A program made the position numbers and the translations under genes. This document shows positions 8,305-16,274 of a stretch of 43,052 bases of DNA, piece by piece. This DNA is from a virus (lineage: Duplodnaviria > Caudoviricetes): positions 1 through 43,052 of IMG/VR virus record IMGVR_UViG_3300032373_000035; one strand, written 5' to 3'. Within the stretch, counting starts at the first letter, position 1. Every line of letters begins with the position of its first letter. The notes under the pieces are model-generated. The model was not told where the DNA came from and made no database searches. It saw only the letters and a list, made by a program, of their open reading frames with translations.

Positions 8305-9666
8305 ATGACTACCCTACTTCCCCCCGGCTTTGGTAACCCGAGCCGACCCCCGGGATCACAAGTCCCCATCTCGCCAGACTTCTCTGGTTCCTCCGAGCTT
8401 GTTGTTCGGATCAACTGCCCCCCTTCCCAGAGTCACCCGCAAATCGTCAAGTTCGTTGACAATGACACGAAGGTCTTCGTCGTCTGGCAACAGCGGATCT
8501 CCGACCGAGACCGTGCTGAACTGTACGATGCCGTTACAGGTGCCTTCATCTGGGGCTACGATCTGGAGCAGAACGGATGCACCGGACACCGTGTAGAGGT
8601 GAGCACTGACGGCTCCCGGTGGGCTCTCACGTTCTTCCACAACGGTATCCGCAACTTCGTCTCTGAGTTCACCGTCGCCGGCCAGGTCTACTACCAGGCT
8701 ACTCACACCAGCGACACCGGGGGCTACCTCTCCGGGTCCGAGACTGCTGGTGGTATCTTCGGTCTCTCCGGGGACGGCACCCGTATGGTGGCCTACGACC
8801 AGTTCCTCACCGGGGATCTCCTGCTGTGTGACAGCGGGGATGGTGAGCCTGACACCCGCGTGGACATCGGGGAGGTTGCGTTCAACAACACCTTCAACGA
8901 CATCGACTCCTGTGCTCTGTCCAGTGATGGTGCGGTGATCGCTATCGCTGGCGTTGGGGTGGACAACGGTGCTGGCGGTGTCGGCATCTACAACACGGCG
9001 GACGGGAGCGAGAGACTGGATCCGGCGACGGAAGCTCGGTACACCCCGGGGATCTACGGCGGGCTCAACGCTCTGTCCATCTCCTCTGACGGTGCCGTGG
9101 TTACCTTCGGGAACGCTACCGAGATCGTTGTGCTCAAGTGGGGCGGTGCCTCGTACACCCGCACTTCCATCCCTGTCCCGGCTGGTGTCGTTGCAACCCA
9201 TGTGTCGGAGGACGGGGACCATGCCCTCGCCTTCGTCGGCTTCCCCCGAACCTGGGGCGGGTACGGAACCTGCTCCGTGTACGAGCTTGATACCAGCGGA
9301 ACCCCCGCTGTCGCCGCTGCTCCCTCCTTCCCGTTCAACCAGAGCAGCCCAGCTTCGCTGCTGTACCACAGCCCCAAGGCTGCGAGGTTCAACGCGACGG
9401 AGACCAAGTACGGTCTGCTGTTCGGGATGGGAACCTACGACACCCCGCAACTGCACGTTGTCAAGTCCGGGGAGAGCGTTAGTCTTCCTCTCCGACAGTA
9501 CCCCGAGAACCCGCTGAACGGGTACGGCTCTCGGTTCTGCACCACGGGCCACTTCAACGCTGCTGTTACCCGCGCCGCCATCGGCATCGGCTCCAGCCGG
9601 AACCCTGGTAACAGTCCCCCCTCTAACAGCTGGGTGGATATCGTCACGGTACCCGACCTGGCGTAG
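8305..9666 (+). CDS. WD40/YVTN-like beta-propeller protein
   Basis: Repeated blades VSTDGS, LSGDGT, LSSDGA, ISSDGA, VSEDGD, FNATET, FNAAVT. Confidence 0.7.
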   Translation: MTTLLPPGFGNPSRPPGSQVPISPDFSGSSELVVRINCPPSQSHPQIVKFVDNDTKVFVVWQQRISDRDRAELYDAVTGAFIWGYDLEQNGCTGHRVEVSTDGSRWALTFFHNGIRNFVSEFTVAGQVYYQATHTSDTGGYLSGSETAGGIFGLSGDGTRMVAYDQFLTGDLLLCDSGDGEPDTRVDIGEVAFNNTFNDIDSCALSSDGAVIAIAGVGVDNGAGGVGIYNTADGSERLDPATEARYTPGIYGGLNALSISSDGAVVTFGNATEIVVLKWGGASYTRTSIPVPAGVVATHVSEDGDHALAFVGFPRTWGGYGTCSVYELDTSGTPAVAAAPSFPFNQSSPASLLYHSPKAARFNATETKYGLLFGMGTYDTPQLHVVKSGESVSLPLRQYPENPLNGYGSRFCTTGHFNAAVTRAAIGIGSSRNPGNSPPSNSWVDIVTVPDLA

Positions 9667-9672
9667 CAGTAC

Positions 9673-9725
9673 GGTCTTACTGGTTGATACCGGAACCAGC
9701 AAGCGGGTGGGAAGCCCGCACAACC
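9673..9725 (+). ncRNA. Structured RNA motif B, copy 2
   Basis: GGTC-TTA-[CTGGTT/AACCAG]-CAA-[GCGGG TGGGAAG CCCGC]-AC-AACC; same architecture as 3187 with a different first hairpin. Confidence 0.6.
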
Positions 9726-9765
9726 CTAACCTCCGGAACCAAACCGGCTGATCAAATACCAAGGC

Positions 9766-11682
9766 ATGAGCGACAAGAGATACTGGATGTACGATCTGGA
9801 GACTGACAACCTCCTACCAGGGATCACCAAGATCCACTGCGCTGTCTTCGAGTCCCCGGAAGGAGAGATCTTCGCCTTCCATGACAGGCCCACCTGGCGG
9901 TACCAGGAAGGAATGTACTGGAACGGGACAGTGGGACAGATCAAGGAGTTCATGGAGCAGCAGGAGAACGCTGTCTTCGTGGCCCACAACGGCAAGAGGT
10001 TTGACGAGAAAGTCCTCAGGGATTTCTGCGAGGAACCTCAGGTAGAGTACGAGGACACTCAGATCATGTCGGAGCTACGGTATCCGGACATGCTCACCTA
10101 CGACTGGGCCAAGTACCACAAGACCCTGGCGCTCCCCAAGAAACTCTGGGGCAGGCACAGCCTGAAAGCCTGGGGCATCCGGACAGGCGAGGAGAAGGAC
10201 GAGTACACCGGAGGGTTCGAGCAGTTCAATCCTGACATGCTCCGGTACTGCGTGCAGGATGTCATCGCCCTGCGCTCCGTGTTCAACAGACTGTGGCTGG
10301 GAAGGTCGCCGCACCATGACCGCGAGGACATCTTCGCTGGACACGCTGCCAACCAGAACACACTCGGCTGCACCTACAACTTGGACAAGGCGCATGACCT
10401 CCTGGGAGAGCTTGTGGTGGCACGGGCCGGGGCACTGCAGGCCATCCGGGAGAGGTGGCCGGATCGCACTGTGGTGGAGTACACGCCGGTACGGAAGAAG
10501 CGGAAGGAGGTGACGCTCTCCTTCAACCCCCGCTCCTCCAAGCAGCTGATCGAGTACCTCACCCCTCTCGGCTACAACCCCCTCAAGAAGACGGACAAGG
10601 GACAGCCGAGCACAGAGGAGGACGAGCTAGTCCAGTTCTCCAAGGAGCTACACCTGGCTGGGAAGGAGAAGGACGCTCTCGATGTCGAGGCTGTCACCAA
10701 CTACCGGATGGTGTCCAACCGTCTGACCAAGCTGGAGGAGGGGAAGTCTGCCTTCGCCCACCACGTTCGAGAGGACGGCAGGCTCCTGCACTTCCTCAAG
10801 CACATCGGCACCACCACTCACCGCTGCGCTCACTCTGCCCCTCCCATCGGACAGGTAACCAGCGTGAAGAAACCCTACGGCAAGGAGTTCCGGAATCTCT
10901 TCGAGGCTTCCCCGGGGTACAAGCTGGTGGGTGGCGACCTTGCCTCATGTCAGCTACGCCTGCTCGCTCATGAGTTGGCGGCGTTCGACGGTGGGGAGTA
11001 CGCGAAGATCGTCCTCCACGGGGATCCCCACGACTACAACCTGAGCATCCTCCAGAAGTACGCACCGAAGGCTACGAGGGACACGGCGAAGACATTCTTC
11101 TACGCCCTCATCTTCGGCGCTGCTGCTAAGAAGATCGGCAGCATCCTTGGCATCTCCCCGAAGCTGGGGAAGAAGGCGCTGGATGGTTTCATGAAGGACC
11201 TGACGGGATACGATGCCTTCGGACAGAAGCTCCGTAAGTCCCTGCAGGATAGGAAGATGGGCTCATGGGAGATGAACCGATGGGGCAAGCAGTACTTCAA
11301 GCTGAAGCCCGGTGCCTCCCTCATCGGCCTGGACGGTCGCCGCATCCCAGTCCGGAGCGACCACTCCCTGATCAACTTCCACATCCAGACTGCTGAGGCT
11401 GTGGTGATGAAGGAGTGTACGAACAGGTTCCACGACAAGTGCGCTGCAGCTGGTCTGACCCAGAGCATCTGGAACTGCAAGACGAAGAAGGTGGAGCACG
11501 GGGACTACGCCCAGGTGCTACACGTTCACGATGAGATGCAGGTTGAGTGCCTGCCTGAGCACGTTGAGAAGATCGAGCGGTTCTTCCTAGAGTCCGCATC
11601 CGAGACCACCGAAGTCTTCTCCCTCCGCTGCCCGATGGCTGGGGATGTGAAGAACGGTGACAACTGGTTCGACACCCACTAG
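9766..11682 (+). CDS. polA: Family A DNA polymerase (T7 gp5-like)
   Basis: ExoI YDLETD, ExoII HNGKRFD, ExoIII YCVQDV, motif A DLASCQLR, motif B RDTAKTFFYALIFG, motif C HVHDE. Confidence 0.95.
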   Translation: MSDKRYWMYDLETDNLLPGITKIHCAVFESPEGEIFAFHDRPTWRYQEGMYWNGTVGQIKEFMEQQENAVFVAHNGKRFDEKVLRDFCEEPQVEYEDTQIMSELRYPDMLTYDWAKYHKTLALPKKLWGRHSLKAWGIRTGEEKDEYTGGFEQFNPDMLRYCVQDVIALRSVFNRLWLGRSPHHDREDIFAGHAANQNTLGCTYNLDKAHDLLGELVVARAGALQAIRERWPDRTVVEYTPVRKKRKEVTLSFNPRSSKQLIEYLTPLGYNPLKKTDKGQPSTEEDELVQFSKELHLAGKEKDALDVEAVTNYRMVSNRLTKLEEGKSAFAHHVREDGRLLHFLKHIGTTTHRCAHSAPPIGQVTSVKKPYGKEFRNLFEASPGYKLVGGDLASCQLRLLAHELAAFDGGEYAKIVLHGDPHDYNLSILQKYAPKATRDTAKTFFYALIFGAAAKKIGSILGISPKLGKKALDGFMKDLTGYDAFGQKLRKSLQDRKMGSWEMNRWGKQYFKLKPGASLIGLDGRRIPVRSDHSLINFHIQTAEAVVMKECTNRFHDKCAAAGLTQSIWNCKTKKVEHGDYAQVLHVHDEMQVECLPEHVEKIERFFLESASETTEVFSLRCPMAGDVKNGDNWFDTH

Positions 11683-11685
11683 ACT

Positions 11686-12042
11686 ATGGAAACAAAAGTA
11701 TGCACGAAGTGCTTCAGGGAATTTCCCCTGAGCAAGTACCAGACAGACTCCAGGACTCCGGACAAGAAGCGTTCGGAGTGCCGGGAGTGCAAGGCCGCAC
11801 TGGATCGAAAGACCAAGTACGGTATTCACGATGACCTGTATCAAGATATCTATATGGAGCAGAAGTGCTTGTGCGCTATCTGTCTCATCCCACTAGCCAA
11901 GGTGGTAGTTTGCGTAGACCACGACCACGCGACTGGTAAAGTCAGAGGGTTGTTGTGCCGCAGCTGCAATCAAGCCTTGGGTTTGTTCCGTGACCACCCT
12001 GAAATCCTAAGGAGAGCATCCGAATATGCACGCCCTAGTTGA
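11686..12042 (+). CDS. Endonuclease VII-domain (HNH-like) protein
   Basis: CAIC..VDHDHATGKVRGLLCRSCNQALG plus N-terminal CTKC/CREC. Confidence 0.9.
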   Translation: METKVCTKCFREFPLSKYQTDSRTPDKKRSECRECKAALDRKTKYGIHDDLYQDIYMEQKCLCAICLIPLAKVVVCVDHDHATGKVRGLLCRSCNQALGLFRDHPEILRRASEYARPS

Positions 12043-12829
12043 CGCTGACTCCATCCTGTACCGAGCAGCAATCGAGAACGAGATCCGTATCGAGCATCCG
12101 GACACTGACTGGATCTCTATCGGATTCCGAGAGGGAGACCTCTCCACCACCTGTTCCGCCATCCTCAGCCAGTGGCTGATGACCGCATCCGAGTACCTCC
12201 CCATCGACAAGGTGACGCTCTGCTTCACCGACTCCCGGAGGAACCCCGTTGGCCCCCGCCACACAAACTTCCGGAAGAAGCTCTACTCTCCGTACAAGGA
12301 GAACCGACAGCGCAGCGGGGTGGGGAAACCGCACGGCTTCTACCACATGCTGGAGAAGTGGTACAACGACACGGACCACAAGACTCTCATCTGGCCTGGG
12401 CTGGAAGCGGATGACATCTGCGGCATCATGCAGACGTACTCCCCCAACGGCACCGTCATCCTGTCTATCGACAAGGACATGCGGACGATCCCCGGTATGC
12501 TGGTGAACCCCGACACTGACCGAGTGTTCGAGACCAGCGAGAGGGAGGCGGAAGAGAACCACATGATCCAGACCCTCTCCGGAGACAGCACGGACAACTA
12601 CCCGGGGCTCCCTGGGATCGGCCCCGTGGGTGCCCGTAAGCTGGTCAGGGCGGACACCACCTGGAGAGACCTCATGGAGCACTGGAACGATGTCAGCGTG
12701 AAGCTCCTGGAGAAAGGGAAGTCCACCACCAACATGCTGACGCAGGCGCGGATGGCGAAGATCCTCACCAACCTGGAGTGGGATGCGAAGAACGAGCGGG
12801 TGATCCCGTGGGAGTTCCCGAGTGAGTGA
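12026..12829 (+). CDS. 5'-3' exonuclease (T7 gp6-like)
   Basis: LVDADSILY, NFRKKLYSPYKENR, LEADD, SIDKDMRTIPG, GDSTDNYPGLPGIGPV. Confidence 0.92.
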   Translation: MHALVDADSILYRAAIENEIRIEHPDTDWISIGFREGDLSTTCSAILSQWLMTASEYLPIDKVTLCFTDSRRNPVGPRHTNFRKKLYSPYKENRQRSGVGKPHGFYHMLEKWYNDTDHKTLIWPGLEADDICGIMQTYSPNGTVILSIDKDMRTIPGMLVNPDTDRVFETSEREAEENHMIQTLSGDSTDNYPGLPGIGPVGARKLVRADTTWRDLMEHWNDVSVKLLEKGKSTTNMLTQARMAKILTNLEWDAKNERVIPWEFPSE

Positions 12830-13175
12830 CCCCGTGAACAACCCGGACCACTACAACTCCGGGGACATAGAGTGCATCGACGCTATCCGTGCCAGCATGT
12901 CCCCCGAGGAGTTCCAGGGGTACCTCAAGGGCAACACCCTCAAGTACCTCTGGCGGTACCGCTACAAGGGGAGCCCCCAGGAGGATCTGGCAAAGGCTCA
13001 GTGGTACCTGGGGAGACTGCAGGACCGCCTCTGGGATCAGGAGGAAGGGACATCTCGACCTGTGGACGTACCCACTCCTGAGTGCGAACACGAATCAACG
13101 ATGTACAGATTCACCCTGCACAACGGGATCGTCGGCAACTGCGCTGACTGCGGAGAGAAGATCCCGGAGATATAG
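12822..13175 (+). CDS. DUF3310 protein (T7 gp1.7 nucleotide kinase-like) with Cys/His-containing tail
   Basis: DPVNNPDHY..IECIDAI..GYLKGNTLKYLWRYRYKG..EDLAKAQWYL. Confidence 0.85.
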   Translation: MSDPVNNPDHYNSGDIECIDAIRASMSPEEFQGYLKGNTLKYLWRYRYKGSPQEDLAKAQWYLGRLQDRLWDQEEGTSRPVDVPTPECEHESTMYRFTLHNGIVGNCADCGEKIPEI

Positions 13176-13186
13176 GTAATCCTACT

Positions 13187-13223
13187 GGGACCCACATGGT
13201 GTAAACTGTGTGGGTCCTTTTTT
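13187..13223 (+). terminator. Intrinsic terminator
   Basis: GGGACCCACATGGT-GTAA-ACTGTGTGGGTCCT stem with GNRA loop, then T6. Confidence 0.8.
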
Positions 13224-13230
13224 CATATAC

Positions 13231-13818
13231 ATGCTCGAAGTAATCCTGACCCTCCTCGCCTTCCTGATCCCTGCAGCCAAGAAGCTCTTGGATAGCCACC
13301 TCAGGAAGCAGCACGAAAAGATCATCGAGACCAACGCTGAACTCTACCGGATCCTCCGGGAGTTCCGCGTGAATCTAGATGCCCAGCGTGTAGTCACCAT
13401 CAAGTCGGAGAACGGTGGGGGTGTCCCGGACATCGGAGCCACCTGTTGGGTCAGCGTCCTTCATGAGAGCGTGCAGGATGACTTCCCCTCAGTGATCGAC
13501 TACCGGACCAGGATGGATATGGAGTATTCCGAACTGCTCCGAAGTCTGTGGAAGAACGGGCATGAGTGGGTCGTCGCCCACACCCTCCCGGAAGACTCTA
13601 CCCTAAGAGGGAAGTACGAGGCTGACGGGATCTACGCATCCTTCGTGTTCGCCATCGCCACAGACCCTAAGCGTGCGACCTACTATGGCTCCGCGAACTT
13701 CAGCGAGGAAGGGTACCTGGCGCTGATGGGGAACCCAGTATCCAGGACCAAGAAGATGGACTACGTCCTGGATATCAGGAACCTGTACGAGAAAGCCGGT
13801 TACGTCCGGTCCTTCTAG
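13231..13818 (+). CDS. N-terminal TM + putative GAF-like domain protein, possible holin
   Basis: MLEVILTLLAFLIPAAKK then LDAQRVVTIKSENGG..SVLHESV..GIYASFVFAI; the listed GTG 13210 lies inside the terminator stem, so ATG 13231 is preferred. Confidence 0.5.
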   Translation: MLEVILTLLAFLIPAAKKLLDSHLRKQHEKIIETNAELYRILREFRVNLDAQRVVTIKSENGGGVPDIGATCWVSVLHESVQDDFPSVIDYRTRMDMEYSELLRSLWKNGHEWVVAHTLPEDSTLRGKYEADGIYASFVFAIATDPKRATYYGSANFSEEGYLALMGNPVSRTKKMDYVLDIRNLYEKAGYVRSF

Positions 13819-15570
13819 CTACCCCCTCAGGAACTTCCGCGCTCTCCCTACGGTTCTCCTGGGGGGAGGTCCATCCATCATCACCACCTCTGGCTTGCGG
13901 GGGGCGAACAGTCTCCTCCGAGTCTGCTCTCGCTCATCCCGCTGGCCCGGGGAGACTGCCATCTGGGCGAGGAAGGCAATCCCCTGGGACACCGCATCCA
14001 CCCTGTCGTCATGGGCGATGCAGCCCCGGTCCCGGGTCATCCGCGTCAGCTGGTACATGAAGGAGCGGAAGATCCAGTTCTCCCCACCGTACTCCTTCGC
14101 GCTGTCATAGTCCTCCCTCAGCGCCTGAGCCGAGACGACTAGACGGTGGGAGGCAAGGACAGGCTCCAGGGTGCGGACGATCCGCAGTTCCTTCTGAGCC
14201 GAAGCCCTCTCGTACTCCAGCTGGACACTGTGCTGGACATCCGTGCAGTAGGACCGCAGCGTCTCCGCGAACGTCTGCCCGCCGAAGTTGCTCTCGACCA
14301 GGAGGACGTTGGCGTTGTAGAACTTGATCTTCTCTGCAAGCCCCCTGAGAGACTCTGAGGAGCCATCGGGAAATCCCCCGACACCCAGGAGGTACAGCAT
14401 TCCTTCGTGCTCTCCTACGGCAGCCCAGGCGGTCTCATCGGCTCCTGCTCCTGACTGGTCTACAGAGAAGACTACCCGGCTGCACTTTGTCCAGTTCTCC
14501 GGGGGCTGCATGGGTCGGTAGAGGAAGTCCCCGTCCTTGCCCAAGCTAGGGATATCCAGGATCATCCGGCTCCTGTCGTTGCACCAGATGACTCTGCGGG
14601 GGACCGTCTCCGGGGTCAGGTCGCAGATGACCATGTCCCTCAGCTTGAGGGGCTGCTTGGCCGCGTCCGACAGGGACGGGTTGAGCATGAACTGGAGGGA
14701 GAATCCTGCCAGCCCGTAGGTCGCTCTCTTCTCCGCGAGGACGGAGGCGGGGAAGCGGACGGTGTCCGTGGGGGTGCCAGCGAGAGAGGGGTTCTTCTCC
14801 AGGTTCTCCCGCAGGGTGTCCGCGAGGGTTCCCTCGTAGTGATCCAGCGGAAACTCCCCATCCCCCGGGTACTGCCCCGGCCAGATGATCACCTGGACAC
14901 CCCGCTGGGGGACCACCTGATAGACGGTGTCCTCCGACTGCGGAGTACCCAGCCACACCTGACGGTGCCCCGGGTTGCCGATGGCTTCCAGTTCCTTCGT
15001 CCGCTCCTTCAACTTCTCCCGCGCCTGGGGAGTGTCGGAGTTGTTCGGGATCTCGATGTCGTCGGGGACGATCAGGTCAGCGTGAGAGCCAGCCATCTGA
15101 CCCATGACACCAACCGCCTTCACACTGGGGTCGTGCCCCTTCGGCGCTCCCCGCAGGTCATAGCTGAGGGCAGACATCCGATCTCCCTGCCGGGGGTCCG
15201 GGAGGAGATGCTGCAGGAAGGGGACCTCACGCAGAAGAGTGAGCGTGAAGGTGGTGAAGGCGATAGCTCGCTTCTCACTAGCGGAGACGACGAAGCACTT
15301 CTTAGCAGGCCACCAGTAGTTCACCCAACAGACGAGCACAGAGGCCAGGACAGACTTGCCCTCGCCTCGCTGCGCCTGCACCATGAGACGGACGGAGACA
15401 TCATCCCCACCCAGCACAGCCCGCTGCATCTTGTCAGCGATGTCGTACTGAATGGGGGTAGGGTCCACCCCCCAGACATGGTGGAGGATCAGGTAGAGGA
15501 AGTTGCGGAAGTCCTGTAGAGACTTCTCCCTCCCCCCGAGATCCTCAGGGAACTCCCAGCGGTTACTCAA
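13819..15570 (-). CDS. terL: Terminase large subunit (T7 gp19-like)
   Basis: QAQRGEGKS, ADLIVPDDIEIPNNSDT, LGTPQSEDTVY, DQSGAGADET, ESNFGG, HDDRVDA. Confidence 0.95.
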   Translation of the reverse strand: MSNRWEFPEDLGGREKSLQDFRNFLYLILHHVWGVDPTPIQYDIADKMQRAVLGGDDVSVRLMVQAQRGEGKSVLASVLVCWVNYWWPAKKCFVVSASEKRAIAFTTFTLTLLREVPFLQHLLPDPRQGDRMSALSYDLRGAPKGHDPSVKAVGVMGQMAGSHADLIVPDDIEIPNNSDTPQAREKLKERTKELEAIGNPGHRQVWLGTPQSEDTVYQVVPQRGVQVIIWPGQYPGDGEFPLDHYEGTLADTLRENLEKNPSLAGTPTDTVRFPASVLAEKRATYGLAGFSLQFMLNPSLSDAAKQPLKLRDMVICDLTPETVPRRVIWCNDRSRMILDIPSLGKDGDFLYRPMQPPENWTKCSRVVFSVDQSGAGADETAWAAVGEHEGMLYLLGVGGFPDGSSESLRGLAEKIKFYNANVLLVESNFGGQTFAETLRSYCTDVQHSVQLEYERASAQKELRIVRTLEPVLASHRLVVSAQALREDYDSAKEYGGENWIFRSFMYQLTRMTRDRGCIAHDDRVDAVSQGIAFLAQMAVSPGQRDEREQTRRRLFAPRKPEVVMMDGPPPRRTVGRARKFLRG

Positions 15571-15826
15571 CTCTGTGCGGTAGGGAGTTCATGACTCCCA
15601 TGTCAAAGCCCGCATCCTTGCCGGTGACCAGCGTGGACGCCTCGCGGTAGTCGAACTTCTGCGTCTTGATGAAGTCCAGGACGAGCTTCATGGTCTCATC
15701 GCTAGGGTCATCCTCGTTCAACCGCAGCTTCAGTTCCTGCACGAAGGCATCGAACAGAGCCAGCATGGATGCCTGCTGCTTGGGGACGGTGGGGTTATCC
15801 CCCATCTCTTTCTTCAGCGCCTGCAT
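15563..15826 (-). CDS. terS: Terminase small subunit (T7 gp18-like)
   Basis: Short helical protein (LFDAFVQELKLRL..VLDFIK..LP) coupled to terL; ATG 15826 (or 15805). Confidence 0.65.
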   Translation of the reverse strand: MQALKKEMGDNPTVPKQQASMLALFDAFVQELKLRLNEDDPSDETMKLVLDFIKTQKFDYREASTLVTGKDAGFDMGVMNSLPHRVE

Positions 15827-15827
15827 C

Positions 15828-16271
15828 TTAGTAGCGGACGCCGATGCCGAAGGAGAGGGAGCCACCAGGGACACCAGAGGTGAACTCCCAGACGTACTTG
15901 CCGGGAACGAGGGCTGCCGTAACGTCAAGCGTCTTCGCCACCGAAGTCCCCCCGTCATCCCCAGGGGCATAGACATCCGTGCCGGTGGTGTCCACAGTGT
16001 TCATGTCGATGGTGAAGAGCGCGGAGGAGTAGTCCACCCCAGCACCGCTAGGGTCAACCGCGTAGATGGAGATCACATCCCCGGTCCAGGCCCCATCCGT
16101 CACGGAGACAACCAAGTTGGTGGTGTCTCGCTCCCCACCGATGGTGAAGCCGTGAGCAGTCAGCTGATCCGCATCCCGGAGGACACCGAAAGGCTTGATC
16201 GTGGGATGCTCCGGGGTAACAACGGGGACGGCCCAGTCAAGGAAGCCGACAGTTTCGTGGTAAGAAGTCAT
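15828..16271 (-). CDS. Hypothetical beta-rich protein, likely virion component
   Basis: 147 aa, Thr/Gly/Val rich, tightly packed between gp16-like gene and terS. Confidence 0.65.
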   Translation of the reverse strand: MTSYHETVGFLDWAVPVVTPEHPTIKPFGVLRDADQLTAHGFTIGGERDTTNLVVSVTDGAWTGDVISIYAVDPSGAGVDYSSALFTIDMNTVDTTGTDVYAPGDDGGTSVAKTLDVTAALVPGKYVWEFTSGVPGGSLSFGIGVRY

Positions 16272-16274
16272 GTC

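Noticed and set aside
9700-9725. Twister or pistol ribozyme
   Set aside because: Superficial AAGCCC and AAGCG similarity only; the required pseudoknot partners and cleavage-site motifs are absent.
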